In this document: one piece after another, positions 35,787 to 44,964 of the stretch
Layout of the letters: the number at the start of each line of letters is the position of its first letter
How positions within the stretch are numbered: position 1 is the first letter of the stretch
Assembly (NCBI GenBank): GCA_023381695.1
Contig: JAMCQP010000034.1
Span: 72,617-136,616, forward strand
From: Bacillota bacterium
Lineage (GTDB): Bacteria > Bacillota > UBA5301 > JAMCQP01
Length of the DNA: 64,000 nt
Reading direction: 5' to 3'
Notes under the pieces: generated by a model
Seen by the model: only the letters and a program-made list of their open reading frames with translations
Told to the model about the DNA's origin: nothing
Database searches by the model: none
Program-made: the position numbers and the translations under genes

Positions 35787-36762
35787 AATAAATCTTATGC
35801 TCTACGCGGTGGTCATCACGGCCTTGCTGTTTGATTTTATCAACGGCTTTCATGACACGGCCAATGCCATCGCCACCTCGGTCTCCACCCGGGTGCTTCC
35901 TCTCAGGCCGGCCATCATGATGGCGGCTGTCCTCAATTTTGTGGGGGCCTTTACCAATACCGCGGTGGCCACCACGATTGGAAAGGGGATCGTGCATCCC
36001 GGCATCGTCACCCAGAAGATCGTGCTCTCCGCCCTGTTGGCCGCTATCGCCTGGAACCTGGTCACCTGGTACTACGCGCTTCCTAGCAGTTCTTCCCACG
36101 CCCTGATCGGGGGGATTATCGGATCGGTGGTGGCGGCCAGAGGGTTTGGCGCGCTGAATCTGGGCGGATTGGGAAAGATCTTGCTGTCCTTGATTATTTC
36201 GCCGGTCTTCGGGTTTGTGGTGGGCTTCCTGTTCATGGTAGGCTTGATGAGGATTTTGGCCCACACCTCCCCAGCGAGGGTAAACCGGTACTTCTCAAAG
36301 CTGCAGATACTCTCGGCGGCTTTTATGGCCTTCAGTCACGGGTCCAATGACGCCCAGAAGTCCATGGGGATCATTACCATGGCCCTGTTCAGCGCGGGAG
36401 CCATCCCGACCTTTCACGTGCCGGTCTGGGTGATCATGGCCGCCGCGTTGTCCATGGCCCTGGGCACCTCAATCGGCGGGTGGAGGATCATCAAGACCAT
36501 GGGCGTGAATATCATCAAGCTGCTACCGGTCCATGGTTTCGCCGCGGAAACCTCTTCGACGCTGGTCATCCTGGGGGCCACGGCCCTGGGGCTTCCGGTC
36601 AGCACCACCCACGTGATCTCCTCGGCGATTATGGGGGTCGGGGCCTCCAAGCGCCTTTCCGCCGTGCGGTGGGGCATTGCCCGCAACATTGTCTGGGCCT
36701 GGGTCTTCACCATCCCGGTAACAGCCGTGGTGGCCGCCCTCATCCATTATATCGCCGGTTGA
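35779..36762 (+). CDS. Inorganic phosphate transporter, PiT family
   Basis: The motifs NGFHDTANAIATSV and GSNDAQK are present. It overlaps the DUF47 stop by 8 nt. Confidence 0.9.
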   Translation: MPEINLMLYAVVITALLFDFINGFHDTANAIATSVSTRVLPLRPAIMMAAVLNFVGAFTNTAVATTIGKGIVHPGIVTQKIVLSALLAAIAWNLVTWYYALPSSSSHALIGGIIGSVVAARGFGALNLGGLGKILLSLIISPVFGFVVGFLFMVGLMRILAHTSPARVNRYFSKLQILSAAFMAFSHGSNDAQKSMGIITMALFSAGAIPTFHVPVWVIMAAALSMALGTSIGGWRIIKTMGVNIIKLLPVHGFAAETSSTLVILGATALGLPVSTTHVISSAIMGVGASKRLSAVRWGIARNIVWAWVFTIPVTAVVAALIHYIAG

Positions 36763-36851
36763 CCTCAACCTGGCCAATGCCGTGGCGATTGTCGGATATG
36801 AAGCTCTCAGACAACAGAGGTTCCCCGTAGGACATTAGGGAGGAATAAGAA

Positions 36852-38039
36852 ATGAGCCAGGCGTACACCCCCGCGCGGGAACTGTCCGCCAGAACCCGGA
36901 AGCTGCAGGAGTTGATGTCCCAAAATGATCTGGACGGGGCGCTCATCGTCCAGAAGGCGGATCTATTCTATTTTAGCGGGACGGCGCAAAACGCTTACCT
37001 TTTTATCCCGACTCAGGGCGAACCGTTCCTGATGGTCAAGAAGAGCTTCAAGAGGGCCGGGGAGGAGAGCGCGTTGAAGAACGTGGCGCCTCTAAAGGGC
37101 CTGGAAGAAGTCGCGGGAAGCGTTTCGACGCAGGTCAAGGAGAAAGGAAGGCTGGGGCTGGAGTTTGACGTGCTGCCCGCCAGCCAGTATCTGAAGTTCA
37201 AGAGCATCTTCCCGCAGCTTGAACTGGTGGATGTCTCAAAATACATCCGCGAGATCCGGATGATCAAGTCGCCCTACGAAATAGATCGGATGAAGGAAGC
37301 GGCGGACCTGAATTTTGCGATGTTCTCCGAAGTGGACCGGATCCTCCGGGAAGGGATGACGGAAGTGGAGCTCGCCGGCGGGTTGGAGGCTGTTTACCGG
37401 CGGAAGGGTCACCAGGGCGGCGTCCGGGTGCGGGGGTTCAACCAGGAGCTCTTTTACGGGCATGTTTTATCGGGGTGGAATTCGGCTTACCCGAGCTTCT
37501 TCGACGGGCCTACCGGGGGCACGGGGTTGAACCCGTCCTATCCCCAGGGCGCCGGCTTCAAAAAGATCGGCCGGAATGAACCCATCGTGGTGGATTATGT
37601 GGGGGTATACAACGGATACATGGTGGATCAAACCCGGATCTTCGCCATCGGGACGCTTTCTGAAAAGTTGATGAAAGCGCATGAGACGGCGTTGAAGATC
37701 AAGGCGCGGATCGTTCAGGACGCCTTGCCAGGCGCCAACGGCAAGGATCTGTATGAGGCCGCCTGCGCGATCGCCAGGGATGCCGGGCTTGAGGAATATT
37801 TCATGGGCTTTGAGGACCGGCCCAGCTTTATCGGCCATGGGGTGGGCATTGAACTGGACGATCTGCCGGTCATCGCCAGGAATTTTAACTTGAAATTAAA
37901 GGCGGGGATGGTCTTCGCGCTTGAACCGAAATTCATCTTTCCTGGAGAAGGGGCGGTTGGCGTCGAAGACACGTTTGTGGTGACGGAGCGGGGGGTGGAA
38001 CAGATCACCCGGTTCGACGACGCTGTGCAAACGGTTTGA
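36852..38039 (+). CDS. M24-family Xaa-Pro aminopeptidase / creatinase-like peptidase
   Basis: N-terminal creatinase-like domain, then a pita-bread fold with metal ligand contexts (VDYVGVYNGYMVDQTR, GHGVGIELDD, ALEPK, VEDT). Confidence 0.8.
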   Translation: MSQAYTPARELSARTRKLQELMSQNDLDGALIVQKADLFYFSGTAQNAYLFIPTQGEPFLMVKKSFKRAGEESALKNVAPLKGLEEVAGSVSTQVKEKGRLGLEFDVLPASQYLKFKSIFPQLELVDVSKYIREIRMIKSPYEIDRMKEAADLNFAMFSEVDRILREGMTEVELAGGLEAVYRRKGHQGGVRVRGFNQELFYGHVLSGWNSAYPSFFDGPTGGTGLNPSYPQGAGFKKIGRNEPIVVDYVGVYNGYMVDQTRIFAIGTLSEKLMKAHETALKIKARIVQDALPGANGKDLYEAACAIARDAGLEEYFMGFEDRPSFIGHGVGIELDDLPVIARNFNLKLKAGMVFALEPKFIFPGEGAVGVEDTFVVTERGVEQITRFDDAVQTV

Positions 38040-38164
38040 CCCCGCCACGACTGATCCGGTCACTGGTGTGATCCTACCGCGTGCAATACTACCATATGTA
38101 GTATAAGAAAATAAAATTCCTTAAGTCTGGAGGATTCTTCCCGATAGTGATGAATAGTACTATT

Positions 38165-38199
38165 GGGATCTCTTGATCCAACGGGATCTCTTGATCCAA
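38165..38199. repeat. Tandem duplication of an 18-bp unit, each copy containing a GGATC-N4-GATCC inverted repeat (operator-like)
   Basis: gggatctcttgatccaa occurs at 38165-38181 and again at 38183-38199, immediately upstream of the SD at 38205. Confidence 0.9.
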
Positions 38200-38217
38200 A
38201 AAACGGAGGTGGAGGGT

Positions 38218-39027
38218 TTGGAAGAAGAGAAAAAAGGATTGTCCAGAAGGGAATTTCTTAAGGTGGGAGCGGTTGCAGCCGGGGTAATTGCCGCCGGCGA
38301 GGTCCTGGGAACTGGAAGCCTCAATTTGCTCTCACGGGGTGGCAAAGCGTCCGCGGGTGAGGCCGCCGCGCCGGCGTGGCCATGGCCGTACAAGAAACTG
38401 GATCCCGAAGCGGTGCAGAAGGCGGGCTACAACGCCTACTACGAGGGCGGCTGCATGTACGGGGCCGCCAAGGCGATCATCGTCGCATTGCAGACCCAGG
38501 CAGGGTACCCTTTTACCACCATCCCGATCGACATATTCAGGTATGGCGAAGGTGGCATGGTGGGTTGGGGGACGGTTTGCGGCGCGCTGAACGGTTCCGC
38601 GGCGGCGATCACCCTGGTCTCCGGCAAGGCGGACTACGGCAAGCTCGTTAACGAACTGATGGGCTGGTACACGCAGGAGCCCTTCCCAAGCAAGAAACAC
38701 GACCAGTACGCCAAATTTCCTGGCCAGGTGCAAAACGCCTGCGGTTCTCCCCTCTGTCATGTTTCGGTGACCGAGTGGTGCAAGAAGAGCGGCGCCAAGG
38801 TCACCGACCCGGAGAGGCTGGACCGTTGCGCCAAGCTGACCGGGGATGTGGCGGCGCGCGCGGTGGAATTGCTGAATGCTCAGGCGGACGGGAAATTTGC
38901 GGCGGGGTACAAGCCTTCCGACCTGTTCGGCGGCTGCATGGGCTGCCACGTGGGGAAGACGAGCGCCCTGAACAACGTGCAGGGCAAGATGAACTGCGTC
39001 CAGTGCCACGAGCCTCATAAACTGTAG
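38218..39027 (+). CDS. Tat-signal C_GCAxxG_C_C-family redox protein with C-terminal dihaem (2 x CXXCH) region; split-Soret cytochrome c-like
   Basis: SRREFLKVG twin-arginine signal. GGCMYGAAKAI, TVCGALNGSAAAI and CGSPLCHVSVTEWC match the C_GCAxxG_C_C pattern. The C-terminus has CMGCH and CVQCH. A TTG start 8 nt after GGAGG is preferred (the ORF track gives 38173). Confidence 0.75.
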   Translation: MEEEKKGLSRREFLKVGAVAAGVIAAGEVLGTGSLNLLSRGGKASAGEAAAPAWPWPYKKLDPEAVQKAGYNAYYEGGCMYGAAKAIIVALQTQAGYPFTTIPIDIFRYGEGGMVGWGTVCGALNGSAAAITLVSGKADYGKLVNELMGWYTQEPFPSKKHDQYAKFPGQVQNACGSPLCHVSVTEWCKKSGAKVTDPERLDRCAKLTGDVAARAVELLNAQADGKFAAGYKPSDLFGGCMGCHVGKTSALNNVQGKMNCVQCHEPHKL

Positions 39028-39078
39028 AGCGGGCCGGCATCCATACAAAAAGATCCGTTCATGCAAGATACATGATCC

Positions 39079-39110
39079 GGGGGGGCGGAATTGCCCCCCC
39101 TGTTTTTTTT
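39079..39110 (+). terminator. Rho-independent terminator
   Basis: Stem gggggggc / gccccccc, loop ggaatt, then a T8 run at 39103-39110. Confidence 0.85.
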
Positions 39111-39142
39111 GACGCAAGGAATTTTTTGTGATAGACTCACCT

Positions 39143-39160
39143 TGTAAAACAATTTTTACA
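39143..39160. promoter_or_regulatory. 7-4-7 inverted repeat (TGTAAAA caat TTTTACA), candidate XRE operator
   Basis: The palindrome was read directly from the sequence. It lies about 40 nt upstream of the XRE gene start. Confidence 0.4.
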
Positions 39161-39199
39161 TAAGAAAGTTGGAAAAGTACGGGGTTGGGAGGGGATCAC

Positions 39200-39421
39200 T
39201 TGGAGAACATTATCAGGCGGTTGCGGGAGGCCGGGGGGATGACCCAGGAAGAGCTGGCGCGCAAGCTGGGGGTAACCCGCCAGACGATCAACGCCATCGA
39301 AAACAACAAGTATAACCCGACCCTGGAACTGGCCTTCAAACTTGCGCGCCTCTTCGGCCGGCCGGTGGACGAGGTTTTTCAATACCGTCCCGTGAAGACC
39401 TTGAGAGGACAGTGGCTTTGA
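39200..39421 (+). CDS. XRE-family helix-turn-helix transcriptional regulator (small)
   Basis: MTQEELARKLGVTRQTINAIENNKYNPTLELAFKLARLF is a canonical HTH_3. TTG start after a GGGAGGGG SD. Confidence 0.8.
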   Translation: MENIIRRLREAGGMTQEELARKLGVTRQTINAIENNKYNPTLELAFKLARLFGRPVDEVFQYRPVKTLRGQWL

Positions 39422-40236
39422 TGGGAAAAAAGTTCGAACTGCTTGGAGTGAGCAAATGGAAGGACGGCCCCAAAAGGGCGGAGTTGTTGCGCGATATCAA
39501 CTTCACGGTGGATGAGGGGTTAATCTCCACCATCATGGGGCCGTCCGGCGCCGGGAAGAGCACGCTTCTTACCCTGCTCAACCGGCTGGAGGAGCCATCA
39601 GCAGGGCAAATTTTGTTGGACGGCGCACCCATCACCCAACTGGAAGTGGTCAATCTCCGGCGCCGGGTCGGGATGGTCTTTCAGACCCCGGCCCTGTTTC
39701 CCATGACCGTGGAGCAGAATATCTGTTACGGGCCGAACCTGCGGCAAAGGCGTGAATATCCGGGATTGGCCGCCCGGTATCTGGAGATGGTGGGCCTGGA
39801 CCCGGAGCTGGCCGGGCGCGACGCGGGCAACCTTTCGGTTGGGCAGCAGCAACGGGTTTCCATTGCTCGCACGCTGGCCAATGAGCCGGAGGTGTTGCTT
39901 CTGGATGAGCCCACCTCCGCCCTGGATCCCACCGCCACATCGCAGATCGAGGAACTCATCCGGGCGTTGAATCAAAAGATAGGCCTGACGATCGTCTGGG
40001 TGACCCACGATATGCAACAGGCGGCCCGGGTGGGTGACAGGACCATGCTTCTAGCGTCCGGCGAAAAAGTGGAGGAAGGAGAGACCAAAGCCATCTTCGC
40101 CAGCCCCCAGAATGAGGTGACCCGGTTGTTTATCGCCGGGCGGTTGAACGGAAACGGGAGCAAACTTAACGGGGATAAGGGCAGGTCGGACGGGGCCGGG
40201 TCGGAGAGCACAGGGCCAGAGGAGGAGCACAAATGA
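39421..40236 (+). CDS. ABC transporter ATP-binding protein (FetA/YbbL-like)
   Basis: Walker A GPSGAGKST, signature LSVGQQQR, Walker B LLLDEPTSALD. The start overlaps the XRE stop (TGATG). Confidence 0.85.
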   Translation: MGKKFELLGVSKWKDGPKRAELLRDINFTVDEGLISTIMGPSGAGKSTLLTLLNRLEEPSAGQILLDGAPITQLEVVNLRRRVGMVFQTPALFPMTVEQNICYGPNLRQRREYPGLAARYLEMVGLDPELAGRDAGNLSVGQQQRVSIARTLANEPEVLLLDEPTSALDPTATSQIEELIRALNQKIGLTIVWVTHDMQQAARVGDRTMLLASGEKVEEGETKAIFASPQNEVTRLFIAGRLNGNGSKLNGDKGRSDGAGSESTGPEEEHK

Positions 40237-40979
40237 GCATGATTGCGCTGGCAATGGCGCTCAGCCTGGTGGGCGCGTCCATCGTCATTTCCGCCCACCA
40301 GGGGTTGGGCCTGGAAAAGGATATCCTGGTCGGAACGGTCCGGGCTTTCATCCAGTTGATGGCCATCGGCTATGTGCTGAAATTCATCTTCGACCTGCGC
40401 CAGTGGCCCTTTGTGCTTTTGATGCTGGCGGTGATGATCACCGTGGCGGGGCGGAACGCCGCAAAGCGGGGGAAAGAGATCCCCCACGTGTTCTGGCTGG
40501 TGACAGGCGCCATCAGCCTGGGGGCGGCGGCCACCCTGGGCGTTTTGGCGGGCCTGCGGATCATCAAATTTGAGCCCTGGTTTGTGATTCCGATCGGCGG
40601 AATGATCATCGGGAATGCCATGGTGGCCTCGGGGCTGGTTCTGAACCGTATCCAGTCGGAGATTGCCGCAAGGAAGCAGGAGATCCGGGCGGCGCTGGCC
40701 CTGGGCGCTACGGCGCGCCAGGCCGTGGATCCGGCGTTAAAGGCGGCAATCAAGGCGGGCATGATCCCCACCATTGATTCGATGAAGGTGGTGGGGCTGG
40801 TCCAGCTTCCCGGAATGATGACCGGGCAGATCATTGCCGGCGCCAGCCCTCTTCAAGCGGTGCGATACCAGATCATGGTCGCCTACATGCTTGCGGCGGC
40901 CACGGCGGTCACCTGTGCGACCCTGGGCCTCATCGTCTACCGCGGTTTCTTCACCATGCACCATCAACTGAAAAGCTAA
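40233..40979 (+). CDS. ABC exporter permease, UPF0014 / FetB (YbbM)-like
   Basis: Polytopic protein. LGLEKDILVGTVRAFIQLMAIGYVL and the C-terminal GMMTGQIIAG..AVRYQI are typical of FetB-type permeases. ATGA overlap with the ATPase gene. Confidence 0.8.
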   Translation: MSMIALAMALSLVGASIVISAHQGLGLEKDILVGTVRAFIQLMAIGYVLKFIFDLRQWPFVLLMLAVMITVAGRNAAKRGKEIPHVFWLVTGAISLGAAATLGVLAGLRIIKFEPWFVIPIGGMIIGNAMVASGLVLNRIQSEIAARKQEIRAALALGATARQAVDPALKAAIKAGMIPTIDSMKVVGLVQLPGMMTGQIIAGASPLQAVRYQIMVAYMLAAATAVTCATLGLIVYRGFFTMHHQLKS

Positions 40980-41050
40980 ATAACTCCGATCCTGGAAACA
41001 GACTTCGGTTTAATCACCCAGGAATCCCACGGCTAAAGCCGTGCGGGGTG

Positions 41051-41542
41051 TCAAAGCGACTCGCGTTCCTTGAAGTCCTGGTAGAAACCCATCACCTTTG
41101 GCACGTAACTCTGGGTGATCCGGGGCAGATGATCGGCGATGGCTCCATAGGTTTTCCCATACCGGTTCATTAACCGTTTGACGGTGCCCGGCCCCCCGTT
41201 GTAGGCCGCCGCCACCAGTTCCATGGCCTTGAATTCGCCAGAGAGCTCTTCCAGGTATCTGGTTCCGTACTGAATGTTGGTATCGGGGTCGAAGAGGCCG
41301 TCAGCCGGGCCTTTGTACCCCAACGACGCCGCGGTGCTGTACAGGATCTGCATCAGTCCGTAGCTGGCGTCATGCAGCGCCGGTTCGTAGCGGTAAGCCT
41401 TCGGGTTGAAGTCGCTTTCGGCTTTGACGATGGATTTGATAAACGTGGGATCCACGCCAAAATGCACGGACCACTTCTTGATGATCGGATCATATGTGTC
41501 TTCGGCTCCCGTCGCCGGTTGGCGTTTGTCGTTGTCGATCAT
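41051..41542 (-). CDS. Lytic transglycosylase (SLT domain) protein
   Basis: The motif AESDFNPKAY..SYGLMQI contains the catalytic Glu. ATG lies 6 nt after GAAAGGAGG. I see no obvious signal peptide. Confidence 0.8.
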   Translation of the reverse strand: MIDNDKRQPATGAEDTYDPIIKKWSVHFGVDPTFIKSIVKAESDFNPKAYRYEPALHDASYGLMQILYSTAASLGYKGPADGLFDPDTNIQYGTRYLEELSGEFKAMELVAAAYNGGPGTVKRLMNRYGKTYGAIADHLPRITQSYVPKVMGFYQDFKERESL

Positions 41543-41712
41543 TTTGATCCTCCTTTCTACTCCAGGATATGCGGACAACCGGCCAGGGGCGACGTGGAAG
41601 ATACGTAAAGATTGGGAGAGACAATAAACTCGTCGAAAGGTGGGATGATAATGCCGAAGGTCTTTCTAAACGAAGCCGGAGAAACGAATTAAGAGCGGAA
41701 GGAGCCAGGTAG

Positions 41713-42810
41713 ATGCGTGGCAAACCCATCAAAAGGATTGGAGTGCTGACCGGCGGCGGCGACTGCCCGGGCCTGAATGCGGTGATCCGGGCGGTGGTGA
41801 AGACCGCCAACTATGAATACGGCATGGAGGTCATCGGTTTTGAGGACGGGTTCGGCGGGCTGATCAACAACCAGGCCCGCAAGCTTGCCGCCGCCGACGT
41901 CTCGGGCATTCTCCCCCGCGGGGGGACGATTCTGGGCACTTCAAACCGTGACAACCCGTTTAAATACGCGGTCGTCCGCGACGGGCAGAAGGTGTGGGCG
42001 GACGTCTCCGACCGGGCGTTCGCCAATGCCCGGGAGCACGGGATAGAGGCCCTGGTGGTGATCGGCGGCGACGGCAGCCTGAGCATCGCCAAGGAGTTTT
42101 ACGACAAAGGGTTTCCCACCGTGGGGATTCCCAAGACCATCGACAACGATCTGTCCGCCACCGATGTCACTTTTGGATTTGACACGGCCCTGACCACCGC
42201 CACCGAGGCGCTGGACAAGCTCCACACCACGGCGGAGTCGCATCACCGGGTGATGGTGTTGGAGGTCATGGGGCGTTATGCGGGCTGGATCGCCCTGGAG
42301 TCTGGAATAGCCGGCGGGGCCGATATCATCCTGATCCCGGAGATTCCCTTTTCCCTGGAGAGGGTCTGCGAAAAGATCAACAGCAGAAAGGCCGAGGGCA
42401 AGAAGTTCAATATCGTGGTGGTGGCGGAGGGGGCCAAACCTGCCGGCGGCGAGATGGTGGTGCGGAAGGTGATTGCGGACAGCCCGGATCCCTTGCGGCT
42501 CGGCGGCATTGGAAACCAGGTTGGGAATGAACTGGAAAAACTGACGGGAATGGAGACGCGCGTGACGGTCCTTGGCCACTTGCAGCGCGGTGGCAGCCCG
42601 ACCGCCTTTGACCGGATCCTGGCGACCCGGTATGGCGCGGCGGCGGTCAAATTGGTTGCGGAGGGGGAGTTCGGGCAGATGGTCTGCCTCAGAACGCCGA
42701 ATATCGAGGCGGTCCCACTGGCCAGGGCGGTCAAGGAGCTGCGCCGCGTGTCGCCGGACAGCGATCTGGTAATGGCCGCCAGGGCGGTGGGCACCAGCTT
42801 CGGGGATTGA
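41713..42810 (+). CDS. pfkA: 6-phosphofructokinase
   Basis: IGVLTGGGDCPGLNAVIRAVV, VIGGDGSL, PKTIDNDL and MGRYAGWIAL motifs. The phosphoryl donor (ATP or PPi) cannot be decided from sequence alone. Confidence 0.9.
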   Translation: MRGKPIKRIGVLTGGGDCPGLNAVIRAVVKTANYEYGMEVIGFEDGFGGLINNQARKLAAADVSGILPRGGTILGTSNRDNPFKYAVVRDGQKVWADVSDRAFANAREHGIEALVVIGGDGSLSIAKEFYDKGFPTVGIPKTIDNDLSATDVTFGFDTALTTATEALDKLHTTAESHHRVMVLEVMGRYAGWIALESGIAGGADIILIPEIPFSLERVCEKINSRKAEGKKFNIVVVAEGAKPAGGEMVVRKVIADSPDPLRLGGIGNQVGNELEKLTGMETRVTVLGHLQRGGSPTAFDRILATRYGAAAVKLVAEGEFGQMVCLRTPNIEAVPLARAVKELRRVSPDSDLVMAARAVGTSFGD

Positions 42811-42906
42811 CTTTTTGCGCGTCATGTTTTATACTGTACTCGGTAGGGTATATAGTACGGGCAGCATAGAACACGGCAGGTATCAAGCGTTTGGAAAATC
42901 GGGTGG

Positions 42907-43104
42907 GTGAACCAGATGAACATGATGCGCAGAGCGGTTATTGATCCCGAAAAATGTGACGGAGCCCAGATATGCGAGCCGATGGGAATCTGTCCGGCCC
43001 AGGCCATTGAGCGGGAAGACGGTTTTACATATGTGAACACCGAATGCAAGGGTTGCGGCAAGTGCGTGCGGATGTGCCCCAAGCAGGCGATCAAGGTGGT
43101 CTGA
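42907..43104 (+). CDS. Small ferredoxin-like 4Fe-4S protein
   Basis: One canonical CKGCGKCVRMCP motif plus an atypical CDGAQICEPMGICP. The start is uncertain (GTG 42907 or downstream ATGs). Confidence 0.6.
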   Translation: MNQMNMMRRAVIDPEKCDGAQICEPMGICPAQAIEREDGFTYVNTECKGCGKCVRMCPKQAIKVV

Positions 43105-43163
43105 TCGTCGTCGAATTCTCAATAGGCGAGAACTTCATCCTGAAGGACCACGGCTTCCTTAAA

Positions 43164-43190
43164 AAGGAGGTACCTCACGGTACCTCCTTT
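43164..43190. terminator. Bidirectional intrinsic terminator between convergent genes
   Basis: An 11-bp stem (aaggaggtacc / ggtacctcctt) with loop tcac, flanked by an A-run upstream and a T-run downstream. Confidence 0.7.
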
Positions 43191-43209
43191 CCAGATGGAA
43201 ATCCCTGAC

Positions 43210-43563
43210 TTACAAACCTTTTACGGACATCTCTCCTTCAGGAGACATGGCATGGCAGGAGAGGCAGTTGCCGCCCAGCTTCGGCCCGAAGACCTGGCTG
43301 TTGAGGTGGATCGGGTGGAGCACCTTCTTGAACGCGAACTTGCCCTCTTTGTGGCAGCCCATGCAGACCTTCACATCATTGGCCTTGATTGCCGGATGGC
43401 CCTTGATCTTCTGGATCTCGGCGCTCAGGCTGTAATCCTTGTCGCCCTCAACCTTGTGGCAGCTGGCGCAGCCCTGGGGGAACTTATCCTCGGCCAAAGC
43501 CACGGTTCCCAGCACCAGCGCGGTGCCAAAGGCCAATAGCAGAATAAACGCCACTTTCTTCAT
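43210..43563 (-). CDS. Small secreted trihaem c-type cytochrome
   Basis: Signal peptide MKKVAFILLLAFGTALVLGTVALA, and three CXXCH motifs (CASCH, CMGCH, CLSCH) in about 95 mature residues. Confidence 0.85.
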   Translation of the reverse strand: MKKVAFILLLAFGTALVLGTVALAEDKFPQGCASCHKVEGDKDYSLSAEIQKIKGHPAIKANDVKVCMGCHKEGKFAFKKVLHPIHLNSQVFGPKLGGNCLSCHAMSPEGEMSVKGL

Positions 43564-43785
43564 GTAATTTGTCACCTCCCTTCACAAATGCTGGTAATAC
43601 TTCGACGGCCAGAGAAAAATTCCTGGTGATCTGGTGGTAACTTTGAAGGATTTTGGAAAGAAGATCTCTGAAAAAGATCTCCGATGAGACGTATATCGGA
43701 ACCCCTCCGATGAACCTTAAGTGGGGAAACGCGGTGTTTTGCCCAGGCTGTCTCTTGCCAGGCTAATTCCGTTTCACGGGAAGGA

Positions 43786-43814
43786 GCTTGACGGAGGGAG
43801 GGTTTTATCGTACA
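43786..43814 (+). promoter_or_regulatory. Possible promoter (TTGACG N17 TACACT) of the cytochrome operon
   Basis: The hexamers and spacing were read directly from the sequence. The -10 element is weak. Confidence 0.3.
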
Positions 43815-43909
43815 CTTTAAGTAGTGAAATTGTGAACAATTGCGGGCGCCGAAGGGCGGCCCTTTCCGGTAAATGATGACGACCGGTTTTTGCCCTCGGA
43901 GGGAAATGA

Positions 43910-44917
43910 ATGCCAAAAAGCGCAAGATGGTTTGCTCTGGTGTTGATGTTGCTTGTGGCGTTGATCATGGAAACGCGTCCGGGAATGGGGGCGAACCCCG
44001 CTCCGGTGTGGCCATCGCCTCCCGCCAGGGCCCGAATCCAGTTTGTCAAGGTGATCTCCTCGCTGAAAGACCTCGGTGGGAAACCCTCCCTGTGGGAGCG
44101 ATTTCTAAACCTGGTGGCGGGGGAGGCTCCGGAGCGACTGGTTACGCCGCACGGCCTGGCGGTTTTTGAAAACCGGCTGTACATAGCGGATTCGGACGGA
44201 CATGCCGTCTGGGAATTTGATATGGCCAGGCCCGCGGTGCACCGGTGGGATATCGGGGAACATTTCCTGACCCCCATTGGGATTGCCGTGGATCAGAAGG
44301 GCAAGGTCTTTGTCTCGGATTCGGGCAGAGGTTCGGTCTTTGTCCTGTCCCCGGAAGGGCGGCTCTTGAAGGCCATTCGCGGGGAAAACCTCTTTGTGCG
44401 GCCGACGGGCCTGGCGGTGGACAGGGCGCGCCAGAAACTCTATGTGGTGGACACCGCCGGCAACCGGATTACCGTGCTGGACACGGAGAGCTACAAGCTG
44501 GTGACGATCTTCGGCAGGCGCGGGGACAAGCCCGGCGAATTCAACTATCCGGTCCATGCCTTTGTCCGCAATGACCGGCTTTATGTGAGCGACTCCCTCA
44601 ACTTCCGCGTGCAGGTCTTCACCCTGGATGGCCGGTTTGAAAGTTCTTTCGGCAGGATGGGGGACGGTTCCGGGGACTTTGCCCGGCCCAAGGGCGTGGC
44701 CGTGGACAGCGCGGGACACATCTACGTGGTGGATGCATTATTTGACCGGGTGCAGATCTTTGACCGGGATGGGCGGCTCTTGCTGCCGTTTGGGGAGTCC
44801 GGGCAAGGGCTGGGGGAATTCTGGCTCCCCACCGGGATCTATATTGACGAGAAGGACCGAATATTTGTGGCGGACTCTTCCAACCGGCGGGTGGAAGTAT
44901 TCCAATACCTGCAGTAG
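43910..44917 (+). CDS. Secreted NHL-repeat beta-propeller protein
   Basis: Signal peptide MPKSARWFALVLMLLVAL. Six repeats of the type P.G.AVD..G..YV.D..N.R..VF are present (e.g. NFRVQVF, FDRVQIF, NRRVEVF). Confidence 0.85.
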   Translation: MPKSARWFALVLMLLVALIMETRPGMGANPAPVWPSPPARARIQFVKVISSLKDLGGKPSLWERFLNLVAGEAPERLVTPHGLAVFENRLYIADSDGHAVWEFDMARPAVHRWDIGEHFLTPIGIAVDQKGKVFVSDSGRGSVFVLSPEGRLLKAIRGENLFVRPTGLAVDRARQKLYVVDTAGNRITVLDTESYKLVTIFGRRGDKPGEFNYPVHAFVRNDRLYVSDSLNFRVQVFTLDGRFESSFGRMGDGSGDFARPKGVAVDSAGHIYVVDALFDRVQIFDRDGRLLLPFGESGQGLGEFWLPTGIYIDEKDRIFVADSSNRRVEVFQYLQ

Positions 44918-44964
44918 GCCGGCGATCCGTAAGAAAGACGACGGTTTGAACCGAAGCCTGGAAG

